A model generated the notes under the pieces. It worked only from the letters and a program-made list of their open reading frames with translations. It was not told the origin of the DNA and searched no databases. A stretch of DNA of 59,737 nt, counting the filler, from Collodictyon triciliatum (lineage: Eukaryota): the NCBI GenBank assembly GCA_043381765.1. It is 4 parts of 4 records of this genome, joined end to end, with 100 filler letters (N's around TTAATTAATTAA, not from the genome) between each part and the next. Parts side by side here need not be neighbours in the genome. Positions count along the whole stretch, not along the records: positions 1 to 14,882 come from JBHJMP010001760.1; positions 14,983 to 29,839 come from JBHJMP010001761.1; 2 more parts are not named here. One strand, written 5' to 3'. Positions 13,071 to 24,092 of this stretch are shown piece after piece. Numbering within the stretch: the stretch's first letter is position 1; each line of letters begins with the position of its first letter. The position numbers and the translations under genes are program-made.

Positions 13071-14744
13071 TCAGGGCAGGCGGCGGAGGGCATCGCGGGC
13101 GGCGGCGTGGCCCTGGTCAGCAGCGGCCTGGTAGTACAGGCGCGCGGTGGGGACGTCGACGGGGCCGGCCTCGCCGAAGCAGTGCATGTTTGCGAGGCGG
13201 TACTGGGAGAAGCAGTCGCCCCGTGCGGCGCCGGCGGCATAGAGCCTGAAGGCGGCGGCGAGGTCGTGGGGGGCGCCGTTGCCGTAGTAGTAGCAGTTGC
13301 CGAGGTTGTGGTAGGCGTTGACGTAGCCGTGGTGGATGGCGAGGCGGTACATGCGGACGGACTGTGCGTAGTCGCGGTCGAGGCCCTCGTTGTTGTAGTA
13401 GCAGTTGCCGGCGTTGTTTTCGGCGTGGCCGTGCAGGAAGCGTGCGGCGCGCAGGTAGCCGGAGGCGGCGGCCGGGTGGCGGGCCTCGAGGCGGTCCGTG
13501 ATGTTTGCGAGCAGGAAGATGTACTCGGCCTTGTCCCACGCGGCGTCGTCCGTGCGGTCGATCAGGCGGCGCAGCAGGTCCTTGGCTGCCTCGCGGTGCG
13601 CAGCGCCTGCCCGCTGGGCCGCCCGCAGGTGCGCCTCGTACGGATGCTCGGCGCAGGGGCGCTCGATCAGGCGCGGGTCCCGCAGATACAGCGAGCGCAG
13701 CGCGATGTGTGCCGCCACCGCACTGCCGCCCGCCCCGCCCTCCGCCGCGTCTGCCGCCCGCACCAGGAAGGCCCTTGCCGCGTCCAGCCGGCCCTGCGCC
13801 ATCAGGCCGCACCCGATCACAAACAGCGCCGCCCCGCGCGGCTCCGTCAGCAGCGCACGCACCGCCGCCACGCCGTAGCGCGTCAGCTCGGCCGGCGGCG
13901 CAACAAGCGGGTTCTGCTCCACGCGCAGCTCCGCCAGGCGCGGCAGGTGCGCAATCTGCGGCGGCAGGCGTGCAAGCCGGTTGCCGTTCAGCACCAGCGC
14001 CGCAAGGCTCGTCAGGCGCGCAATGTCGCCCGGCACGCTGCTCAGCCGGTTGCGTGCAAGGCTCAGGACGCTCAGCCGCGGCAGGTGCAGCACGGCCAAC
14101 GGGAATGCGGCAAACGCGTTGTCGCTCAGCACAAGCGCCTCCACCCGCGTCAGCATGCCCACCGCCCGCGGCAGTGTCCCAAGCCCCATGCGTGCAAGGC
14201 ACACCAGCCCGGCCTGGCTGGCCCGCGCGAGGGCCACCGCCCCCCACATCCGGCTGTCGGCTGCAGACACCATCCCGTCATCGTCATCATCAGCATCATC
14301 ATCAACATCATCATCACCCTCCATCGCGTCTGCGCCCTCTAAGCGGCCGGCAAAGAACGTCCACGCCGACCGCAGCACCGCCACGGCGTCTCCGCGCACC
14401 GCAGCCTCCCCCGCCTGCTGCTCCAGCCACTCCGGGCCCAGCGGGTTGTCGGCGAGATCAATCTGCGTCAGGGCGTGCAGGCGCCCCAGCAGGAGCGGCG
14501 GGCTGGAAAAGAGGTTGTGCCGCAGATCCAGGCGCTCCAGCCGGCTGAGTGCGCTGAAGGCGTCCGGCAGGCTGCGCAGCTCGTTGTGGCTCAGATCCAC
14601 GACCACGGCAAAGTGCATCGGCCGGCTGACCATCACCTCCGTGAGCTGCAGCCCCGACAGGACGAGGCACAGTCGCTCGCTGCCGTTGCCCGGCGCATCG
14701 AGCCCAGTCAGGTGGGGTGTTTGCAGCGGTGCGTCGGTGCTCGC
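13071..14744 (-). CDS. Leucine-rich-repeat plus TPR/SEL1-repeat protein; one long GC-rich exon, probably 5'-truncated by the scaffold end
   Basis: LRR consensus (LDLRHNLFSSPP, LVLSDNAFAAFP, LSLARNRLSSVPGDIARLTSL, LVLNGNRLARLPPQI) is followed by SEL1 repeats (AYHNLGNCYYYGNGAPHDLAAAFRLY, SQYRLANMHCFGEAGPVDVPTARLYYQAAADQGHAAA). The frame is open upstream of the ORF-track start to a cccag acceptor at 14745-14749. Confidence 0.88.
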   Translation of the reverse strand, partial: ASTDAPLQTPHLTGLDAPGNGSERLCLVLSGLQLTEVMVSRPMHFAVVVDLSHNELRSLPDAFSALSRLERLDLRHNLFSSPPLLLGRLHALTQIDLADNPLGPEWLEQQAGEAAVRGDAVAVLRSAWTFFAGRLEGADAMEGDDDVDDDADDDDDGMVSAADSRMWGAVALARASQAGLVCLARMGLGTLPRAVGMLTRVEALVLSDNAFAAFPLAVLHLPRLSVLSLARNRLSSVPGDIARLTSLAALVLNGNRLARLPPQIAHLPRLAELRVEQNPLVAPPAELTRYGVAAVRALLTEPRGAALFVIGCGLMAQGRLDAARAFLVRAADAAEGGAGGSAVAAHIALRSLYLRDPRLIERPCAEHPYEAHLRAAQRAGAAHREAAKDLLRRLIDRTDDAAWDKAEYIFLLANITDRLEARHPAAASGYLRAARFLHGHAENNAGNCYYNNEGLDRDYAQSVRMYRLAIHHGYVNAYHNLGNCYYYGNGAPHDLAAAFRLYAAGAARGDCFSQYRLANMHCFGEAGPVDVPTARLYYQAAADQGHAAARDALRRLP

Positions 14745-14787
14745 CTGGGTGTTTGTTTGTGGCTTTATTTTGTTTTGTGTTTTGTGT

Positions 14788-14882
14788 TGTTTGTTTGTTT
14801 GTTTGTTTGTTTGTTTGTTTGTTTGTTTGTTTGTTTGTTTGTTTGTTTGTTTGTTTGTTTGTTTGTTTGTTTGTTTGTTTGT
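14788..14882. repeat. (GTTT)n microsatellite at the end of scaffold 1
   Basis: Direct tandem repeat running into the spacer. Confidence 0.95.
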
Positions 14883-14982
14883 NNNNNNNNNNNNNNNNNN
14901 NNNNNNNNNNNNNNNNNNNNNNNNNNTTAATTAATTAANNNNNNNNNNNNNNNNNNNNNNNNNNNNNNNNNNNNNNNNNNNN
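14883..14982. other. Artificial scaffold-joining spacer N44-TTAATTAATTAA-N44
   Basis: Exactly 100 nt. The 12-mer places stop codons in all six frames and is identical to the other two spacers. Confidence 0.97.
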
Positions 14983-15014
14983 AAAAAAAAAAAAAAAAAA
15001 AAAACAAAAAAAAA

Positions 15015-15053
<39 letters not shown>

Positions 15054-15204
15054 AAAAGACAAAACAAAACAAGAGTTTTTCTTGGTTTGTATGGGAAGTG
15101 AATAAGAGGGGGAAACGAGTGAAACTAAACTTGCCTCTATTTGCTGATCGTCAAATCAATAGTTACAACAATTATTATAGGAAAGGTTACGCCAATCACC
15201 CAGC

Positions 15205-16389
15205 ATGGAGGTTCAGCAACCGCCCGGTAAAAAGAAAGCCATCGACCTATCACCGTTGGATGGCCTTCGAGGAATCTGCTCGGTTCTTATTGTTGTAGGC
15301 CATTTTTTCAGCTATTGGTCTCCAAAGATTGACTCTGGAGACCATTTTCCAGCCTTCTCTCCAGAGTACCACTCTGCAGTCACACTTTTCCTCGTCATCT
15401 CTGGATATACTCTTGTGCAAGTATACGACCGCAACTCAGAAGACCCATCCTCTCCAGTTCCCCTCTCCACTTGGGAGGAGCGTAAACTTTTCTTCCGCAA
15501 GCGTGTTGCTCGCCTTGCCCCAGTCTATTATCTTGGACTCCTTATCGGCACTGGGCCGCTACTTGCTTATTACGACGTGGAAACAATTGCGGTGAACATC
15601 CCAGTTGACTTGGTATTCTTACAGTCGATTATTGTGATAGCAAATGACTGGAATGGCCCTCTATGGACAGTGAGCGCATTTGTTTTCTGTTATCTTTGGT
15701 TTCCAAAGAGCATGCTATGGTATCGCCGTCTAACCTACGGCCAGCTCAAAACGCGCATGATTTGGCTCAACGTGTTGTCCGGCGTCATCATGATAGTCAT
15801 GGTTAGTATTCTCCCATCTTTGTCTGGTCTGCCTCATACATTGGCGCCAATCCGACTCATTCACTTTTTGATTGGAGTAATGGGAGGATACATGGCAAAG
15901 AGACAAGAAGGCCCAGGAAGCGCCACCAAGACCACTGAAATCGCAACATTCATTTATGCTATTTTTATGCTCGTCGCAATTTTATTGGGTGCCTTGATAA
16001 GCTATGGAGCCTATCTAGGGTATTCGCTTGTCTTGCAATTCACGATTCCGTACTTTCAAGTGGTGTGGTTGATGGCTCTGACTTCACCTGATTGCGAGGG
16101 ATACACAAAGCCGTTCTTATCTTCTAAGCCTCTTAAGTTTCTTGGAGACATCTCGTACGCTGTCTACTGTGTCCATTATCCCATATTCCATTGGTGCGCA
16201 TGGGCGGTGGAGGCCGATGGTATCAGTTCAACTGCTGTTCCAAAGTACGAGCGTGATGGAGTGCCAGATTCCTGTTTCTATTTCGACCCTTGGGCAATCA
16301 TCCCCATCCTCGCGGTTGTCCTTCTTATCGCCACGATTGCGCATAAGGTACTCGAGGCTCCTGCTCGTGCTGCCATTGCGAAGAAATAA
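15205..16389 (+). CDS. Acyltransferase family 3 (OafA/YrhL-like) integral-membrane O-acyltransferase, intronless
   Basis: 394-aa uninterrupted ORF with family motifs LDGLRGIxxxxIVVGHF, AVTLFLVISGY, FFRKRVARLAPVYY, NGPLWTV and FLGDISYAVYCVHYPI, plus multiple hydrophobic segments. Confidence 0.92.
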   Translation: MEVQQPPGKKKAIDLSPLDGLRGICSVLIVVGHFFSYWSPKIDSGDHFPAFSPEYHSAVTLFLVISGYTLVQVYDRNSEDPSSPVPLSTWEERKLFFRKRVARLAPVYYLGLLIGTGPLLAYYDVETIAVNIPVDLVFLQSIIVIANDWNGPLWTVSAFVFCYLWFPKSMLWYRRLTYGQLKTRMIWLNVLSGVIMIVMVSILPSLSGLPHTLAPIRLIHFLIGVMGGYMAKRQEGPGSATKTTEIATFIYAIFMLVAILLGALISYGAYLGYSLVLQFTIPYFQVVWLMALTSPDCEGYTKPFLSSKPLKFLGDISYAVYCVHYPIFHWCAWAVEADGISSTAVPKYERDGVPDSCFYFDPWAIIPILAVVLLIATIAHKVLEAPARAAIAKK

Positions 16390-16991
16390 ATGAATAAAAC
16401 TCAGTTTCTTGCATGCTTCTTGATTTCAAACTATTCAGATCACGAACAAATCATACAAATATTGCCAGAGCTATTCCACCCCATATGAAATCACTCTCAT
16501 AATATTACACAGGATAACCCACAGATACGCAATATCCCTTCTATTGTTGTATCATGAACGCTTTTGTGTGTAGGCAAAGTTTGATTACATATTTTTCTTT
16601 TATGTCCAATGGAGAATATCCACACTGTCAATATCTTGGGTAGTTTTCAATTTGATGTAACCTCACGCGCCCCAGCATCATCCACCGAATCGAGTGAAGA
16701 GATAAAAAATGGAAGACGCCCGAAAAGGCTACAGCCTCGAAGATAATTGTACGAGCAAAATTGTACTTTATATACCGATAAGAAGTTTGCATCTAAGTCA
16801 CGTAGTCTTATTGCTTTTGGTATGACAAAATTTTTATGCTGTGTTGGGCAACTCCGAAGTGGGAACACTAATGTGTTTCAGTGCTTCTTGCCCGCCGCCA
16901 AGCAAACTCCTTTGAGACGTGAGTAGGCGGGTCAACGGCAAAAAATTTTCCCCACATAAGAAGCCGGTCATTGAGACGAATTCATGGAAAG

Positions 16992-17102
16992 CTTTCTTTT
17001 CTTTTCTTTTCTTTTCTTTTCTTTTCTTTTCTTTTCTTTTCTTTTCTTTTCTTTTCTTTTCTTTCTTTCTTTCTTTTCTTTTCTTTTCTTTCTTTCTTTC
17101 TT
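16992..17102. repeat. (CTTTT)n pyrimidine microsatellite
   Basis: Direct tandem repeat. Confidence 0.9.
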
Positions 17103-17761
17103 CAACATACATGTTCTGTCCATCAGCAAGGAAGTGGGTTTATTGATAAAGTGACTTACAGCATGATGTTTGTCTGGAATAGAAGGCTTGTAACTACTGA
17201 TGTTCTTTTACACTACATTCGTAAACCTAGAAAATGAATACTGGGCCTCAGCAAATAAATTTTGCCAACCTCTTTGGTTCTCAGCCTACTTTTTGCACTG
17301 GAAACTGTTTGTCAGATTTCTTCAGGTTCCAAGAAGTTTTTCTCTATATTTTCCATTTATCTCACACTGCATAGGTCGCCTGCTTTTTTTTGATCCGTTG
17401 TTCTACCAGAGGCTATGTTGCATTACAGACATGGACTGTGTCAGCAACTATCCAGTGGAGATTGAAGGGGCTGCCATCATTGAATACAAAGGACATATAC
17501 ACCTTATCGGGACATAGTAATTTTCATTTCGTCCCATACTTATCTAGGATTTGACACCAAATGAAAAAGGCGTCCACTTCCAAATGATTGTTTAAAAAGG
17601 TTCATCTACCTATGATTTCATTTCACTGGTAGCGGAGATGTATTCAACAAACCCCCTTTTTCAACTTCATTTGGATTTAAAAAAACAGGTTCATATTTAC
17701 AGATTCATTTTTTATTCTTCCTTTCAATTTGCACATTTACAGACTCATAATATTTATATTA

Positions 17762-18205
17762 ATAATTACAATAGAAGAACATAATAGCAGGAGAAATGAT
17801 ATTATCCCTTTATTCGATTCCAAGAATAGGAGCAAATACAAATTCATTTTACCATTCTGGACAGTGACGTGAAGCCATTTGCTATGGACTATGTGGATAG
17901 CGCGCATATACTCACGCAAAACAAGACTCAACAACCAGCCACCCATTCCTGATAACAGACTGGAAGACATCATACAAAACTCTTTTCTCAACAGCTTTCT
18001 TCGCCACCTGCATGTTCGCTACTACTCAGACCCTGTGAGAAGAGACATGTGGAAAGAAGCTGAGAAAGAGATTAAACCTCGCCTTGTATCTCTCATGCAA
18101 GCACAAGACCCAGGCTACAGGCCAAACCGCAGGATGCAATTCCTGATTACCGACTACTTCTCTGCCACCCGCCGTCCAAGTAGCGCCCATGCAAACGATG
18201 GCTAG
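17762..18205 (+). mobile_element. Possible decayed 3' end of a non-LTR retrotransposon ORF2
   Basis: Intronless reading frame with one in-frame TGA: ...ILPFWTVT*SHLLWTMWIARIYSRK. It resembles the W-x-IW-xx-R(N) motif near the C-terminus of L1/Tx1-type ORF2. No RT or endonuclease motif is visible, so support is weak. Confidence 0.3.
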
Positions 18206-18307
18206 CAACCAAAGCCAGCATCTCCACCATTCTGCACAAAATTGAAAGGAATAATAAGATATTATATCCAGACGCAAAGAACGCCTCGATTCATATTGGT
18301 TCAAATA

Positions 18308-18406
18308 AATACAAATTTTCAAGTGAATACATGAGACTTTGGATTCGATCTTATTCGTGAACACGCGAACTATGCAAAATGTGAGACAGCCACATACCAA
18401 GCTCCT

Positions 18407-18490
<84 letters not shown>

Positions 18491-18792
18491 AATAGAATAT
18501 ACAAAGTGCTCATCTAGTATTTGATTCAGGTTTTAAGGGGGAACAATACAGTAAAAAGATAGATGCTTACAACTTTGTCATTGTTCTCTGGGAAGTCGAA
18601 ATTCGTAGGTATCCGTATCCAGAACAGAGTGAATTTTGACTCAATTTAAAGTTACAGAGGGATTTCGCCCAATGGTACGAAGAAACATGAACCCAAGCAT
18701 CGTAACTGTCATCAAACTGCTGGGACAACAATTCCTCTCTAATACCATCGTTTCCAGAAGTCAAATCAAATCTACTGAATTCCATAAAATAA
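18308..18792 (+). pseudogene. Protein kinase (TKL-like) pseudogene fragment, subdomains VII-XI
   Basis: Reads NFQVNT*DFGFDLIREHANYAKCETATYQAPE, then an intron, then KGEQYSKKIDAYNFVIVLWEV, then after frameshifts VTEGFRPMVRRNMNPSIVTVIK and CWDNNSSLIPSFPEV. It has in-frame TGAs, frameshifts and a damaged donor site. Confidence 0.82.
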
Positions 18793-19603
18793 AGGTGACC
18801 TATAATTCAAAAGAGTGGCGATTCCGATAAAGTCAGAGTTGGCTAGTACCTTGGCTTCTCATTAAATACAATAGTCAATATCCCAGGAAAAGCCCTGAAA
18901 GGAGGAAACGAAGTGGCAGGTTTGGGGGTAAGTTTACAAAAGATGTATTACTTAATATATTTTTTTTTAAAAAAAGGAGAGGACGGATTATCCTTAGAAA
19001 TTAACACAGTGATAAGAAAAAATAATGAGAAGTGGATGGGGCCTCGCTGCTGGCATCCCGGGCTCGGCTGCCCAGCGGGCGTACAAGGCATACTTGCACA
19101 CTATTGCAGAAATTATACGATTTTTTTGTAATTTTTCCACGCTTGAGTTGAAAGTCGGTTAATTCTTCGTACATCCTGCCTTTGCATTTTCCGACGTAGT
19201 AAACATAGTCTTCCAGCCTCACATGCGCGAGTGGGAGGAGTGTGTTGGGTATTCATGACGTATGGCAAGCTCATGACATCATTAAATGACGAGACTAATC
19301 TGGCTTAAATAAAATTCCAAAAATGAAAAAATTCCCTTTTCTGCAATAGACGAGTTTGACAGCTATAAAACAAACCAGACTCTTTGAGCGGCCGTAACTC
19401 CTAAATCACCACTAGCAGAGTTGCTTAGCAGCTGTTGATATGTTGGTGACTCCCTCCTCATCCAGAATTCAGTGATAGCACCCACAAAGAAACTGCTGTG
19501 TGAATCCAAGCATCAGAAAGAGTATGCTTATGCCTGTTTGTCGATTGAGTCTTTCATATTCGCTCAGAAAGCACTGCACGAAACCAACAACACATACCTT
19601 TAG

Positions 19604-20008
19604 ATGGCAAGAACCTGCTCTCTCAGCCTTGCCCTCGCAGCAATCCTATTTGTGGGTTGCTCTTTTGCGATGCCGCTGTCGTTGACGCAGATGTCAGACA
19701 ATAGCACGAACATCGTCTCTGTTGAGCTCGTTGAGTCTCGTGTCGTCGATTTCTACACCGCCCTGCACGAAGTGTTAGAGGCTGACAAGCAAAACGCTCC
19801 CGCCGGGTTTGCGGAGCTTGCTGTATTCATCAGGAGCTTGGCTGAGCGATATGTTGAGTTGTTGATCAAGGAGGGCGACGTCCAAATTCCGTTACTGTCC
19901 TTCAACATTTTTAAGGTTTGCCCCTGCATTTTTTTCTTTTTTTTTTTTCCTTTTCCTTTTCCTTTTCCTTTTTCTTTTCCTTTTCCTTTTCCTTTTCCTT
20001 TTCCTTTT

Positions 20009-20041
<33 letters not shown>

Positions 20042-23000
20042 CACTTGGTCATACAAGAAAGCCACTCTGTCGAAGCCACCTGAATTTGCTATGTGCCTCT
20101 CGGTTTGTACTCTTGTATAGCTTAAAACCCGCGACGGTATCGAGCTCAACACACGCAATTACGTGCCGTTTGGGTTCATGAAAAAGTTCTCTACTGTCTT
20201 TAGTCGCTCGCCTTACAGCCTCTTTACATCTGTGAGTTCCGAAATTCTTCTTTCCATGCTTAATTATTCTGCTGATTTCCATTTCAGCATTGTGTGCCAA
20301 TTACTATCTTGAAGCTGAGTTTTGCGACACCTACTGTCTATCGATCAGTGATAATGTTTTCATGACGGTGAACATAGTCATTGGCCTTTCTGACAATACT
20401 GGACGGACACGCTGTCGTTACTCAGGATATTCGAGGAACTGGGCGTAGTTCAGGTTCAAATACAGCCCCTGTCTTTTTTTTGTACAGTATCCTTCTTTTT
20501 TTGGATGGAATCGTTACATTAATTTTATTTATTTCAATGACCTTCCTTAAATCAAATCAAAGTACTCAACATTCTACGCTGGTTACAAATAGGTTACTTT
20601 GACGTGTGGAGACAAGATTCAAAAGATGGATATGATACGATGAGCTGGATTGGAAGTCAGTCCTGGTCAAACGGCCAGGTTTTCTCTATGGGTTTGTATC
20701 ACATCAAAACACTGCGTTTTTTTCTTTACAAAACAACTAATCATGAATGATAATGCATTCTTTATCTGAAGTTTGCCATCTCTCCCTCTTCAGGAATCTC
20801 TGCAGATGGGTGTTCTGCATTTACTCAATGGCTAGAGAGTCCAAAGTGGCTGAAAGGAGAGGTAGGATAAGATTTGCAAGTCCGTCGGTTATACTGATTC
20901 CTTGCTTTATCACTCTGAAAGGTTTCGTTTTGTTATAAATTGTCACATCACAAAAATCTTCAAAATAGTGGCTTACGTGGTATGCATCAAACGCCCACCC
21001 GACAATATACCCTGTAATTGGATGTTCACGAATACATATACCCCATTTTCTATTGATTACATGGATTTAGCACTGTTCGCAGTTCATATTGTAAATCCAT
21101 TTTTTTTTTCGACAGGGAGGCGCTTATCGCTCAAACTTGATGGACAACTGGATGGGATTTGTCTGCCCCGAGTGCATTGCTGATGTATGCAACATAACAA
21201 TATCTCATTCTTGCAAATTTATCACAATTTCCATTTAATCATATGCATCCCATCAACAGATTAAGATGAACGAAGGATACAACAGCTACTGGGCCCCGGT
21301 CACAGGTGCTGGAAAGTAAGTGACACTTCATACAATATTGGCCCGATAGAAAATGGAAATCTTTTGAGGCTGTAGCAAGTAACCCACTACCTCCATAGCT
21401 ACGACAAAATTTCGGGACTCACTGTCAATTGGGGAGGATGGTTTATTTATTTATTTATTTTTTTATTTTTATTCTTTGCTGTTTCTATTACGTAAAGTGA
21501 ACCTGCTTATTATCAGACACTCACTAACCTTTCTATCACTCGGGACTAAAGGTACGATATTTTCATCGAATCAACGATTAATGGCTTCAACGGAGCGCAA
21601 TACGAGGGAAGTGCCTCAGTCAAAGGTTCCTTATTCAACAATAAAGAAAAGTGATGTTTTTTCCTCGTGGTGTTTCCTGGATATTGCCATTATTTGATAA
21701 TAATACAGAATATTATCAGATGGTATAGATATTATACATTTCATGACTAATGCGAGTGGATGAATAGGAAATAACTTCCTTGTTGTCGACTCTGGAGGTC
21801 ATTGTATTCGCACCTATCACCCTGGAGGCCATTCGCTCTTACCCATCAGACTCGGATTTCAATCGTTCAATGCTATCCGTTCAGTAATCTTCCTTATAAT
21901 TATGCCCCATCACCGATATTTTGAATGAAGCATATAGGCAATAAACTAATCGCAATCAACCTTCCTCTACACGACATTGGTGAAAAGAGTGAAGACTACG
22001 CAAAGGTTTCTAGCCAACGTAAGCTTAATCTGACGCCTTAATTCGTACATTTAATTATAATTTTTTTGAAAAAAATAACAAATGTAGGATATAAAGTGAA
22101 AAATAAATGGATTTGACAAATCAATTTGCTGCAACTTTTCCAAAGTGATTTTTTTTTGTCTATGAAACTGTTTTCTTTCTCAAAAAATTAGTCAAGTCTT
22201 CCCTGGGCATCGAAGCTATAAATATCTTTGTTATGGGACCTGATGTGGGTGGGGCAGGTGATGAAAAATAGGCAATTATAAACAGTATTATAATGATGAA
22301 CCGTGCAACAATTTTTCTTTTCCTCTAAATTATCTCCACAACTCGTTGAAAAATGTGTAGTTGGTAATTACTGGACTTCTGTTTCTCAGTGGCCAGTGAG
22401 TTTTTATCATCATAACCTACACTATATATGTATGCCATTTTTTTCGTATCTTTTCTATCGCATGAGAAAATACCTTTCAAAAGAAATTGAAGAAAAATCA
22501 AAAAAATTACAAGCTCTCATGCGGTCTGTGCAATCGAATTTTACAACAAAGCTACACTCACTATCTCCATGAACCCAAACTTAAAGGCAACTACAGATTT
22601 GAGCTACTTTTTGCAGCCGAACAATTATCTATCCCCCATAAATGTCAATGGCGGCTCATGTGCTTTTTTATTTTTACTTTTTAAAATTATTTATTTATTT
22701 ATTTTGCATAACTAAATCATTTAATGCAATAATAGGTCAATGAACAAAGAAGTGACCGAAATAATTTCAAAACTCTTTAATCACGTCCATGTGTGTATTT
22801 ATAGTAAGCTATGCATATGACCCAAAGAACCCCGTGCCTACTTTGGGTGGAAATGAGCTTTTTGGAGGTGTTTTTCGTATTCATTTTCTTTATGTGTAAC
22901 TTATTATTTTCAAGTATCTTTCTCTTTCTATAAAACTATTTGTAATATTGAACTATAAGCCTTAAAATGCGAGCTATGGTTCTATCATAATGTATTGAAC

Positions 23001-24092
23001 CATGGCAACATCTTACCTTTCATCTTTTGATTCTCTGTGAATGAATATGCTATATCAGGATGTGGTCCACAAGACCAGTCGAGTCTCGAAAGTCGTCCTG
23101 ATGTTCTAATATTCTCCAGTGACAACCTGCGCGAAAATATTGCTATTACTGGTGAGATAAACGATTTTGGTGCATTTTTATTTCTTTGTGTGTATCTCTG
23201 ATAGCAATTTCCCTGCAAAAATATAGGTGCTGTTCGTGCTATCCTATTTGTATCAAGCGATGCCATTGATACAGACTTCACCGTAAAGGTAAAGTCTTAC
23301 ACTGACACGTTTCGAGGCAAAATGAAGTAGAACTGGAGAGTATAATGAGAATAGATTGGGTGAAATATATGTGTGTATGGGTTTCCCTCTAAATGTAATT
23401 CTGTAATTTTGTTATCCGTTTTGCGTTTTCCAGGTCACTGACGTCCACCCAGACGGCCGTTCCCTCTTGGTGATGGACAACATCGTTCGCCTCAAGTGGA
23501 GGGACAGCAACGTGACCCCTTCACCCATCACCCCAGGTTCTCACACTTACAACAATCATCCAGCCGATTGGCTCCATCACCCACAGACAATTCTCGTTCC
23601 ACTCACAGGTACCATCTACGAAGTCGAGGTGTTGTTAGGATACACCAGCTACATTTTCAACACTGACCATAAAATCCGTGTTGCTGTCAGCAGCAGGTTT
23701 CGCTATTGGTTCTCATCTCTACAGAACTTGTAATCGCAGGACTTTCTGCAGATTCAACATATTTACTTTCTTTTTCTCCGCAGCAATCACCCGCGCTTCC
23801 ACGCCAACCCCAACAATGGCTTCCCGATTTCGTATGTCCCACATCCCAATCTTGCTATAAGGCGTAGGCAAGAAGAAAAAAAAAAGGCTGCTTTCCCTAA
23901 TGAAACTCTACTTGGTGGACACTAATCAAATATCAACATCAATCATACCTTCAAAGAAATCCGACCGGCACAATCATCGTGGCCAGAAACACAGTTTACT
24001 TTGACCGTGCGAATCCATCCCGTGTCATCTTCCCCCGAGTCGACATGCAAGACATCCCCGAAAACGCCAGGCTGAAGGAGTACAGTTTCTAA
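19604..24092 (+). CDS. Secreted CocE/NonD-family (peptidase S15 / PepX-like) alpha/beta hydrolase, about 22 exons
   Basis: Hydrophobic N-terminal signal (MARTCSLSLALAAILFVGCSFA). Spliced motifs include TRDGIEL, SRSPY, VVTQDIRGTGRSSG, DGYDTMSWIGSQSWSNGQV, nucleophile GISADG, GGWYDIF, GGHC, YDPKNPVPTLGG, DTDFTVKVTDVHPDG and HKIRVAVSSSNHPRF. TAA at 24090-24092. Confidence 0.92.

Noticed and set aside
13107-14934. Long overlapping ORFs (411, 376, 347 and 317 aa) over the LRR-SEL1 gene
   Set aside because: These are shadow ORFs caused by high GC. Only the minus frame ending at 13071 has domain motifs.
14927-14938. TTAATTAATTAA palindrome recurring every ~15 kb (also 29884 and 44837) as a biological site
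   Set aside because: It is always centred between exactly 44 N on each side, which marks a six-frame-stop assembly linker.
18410-18486. Poly-T tract as the poly(A) tail of a minus-strand retroelement
   Set aside because: The flanks are consecutive plus-strand kinase subdomains, so the tract lies in a relic intron. No target-site duplication was seen.
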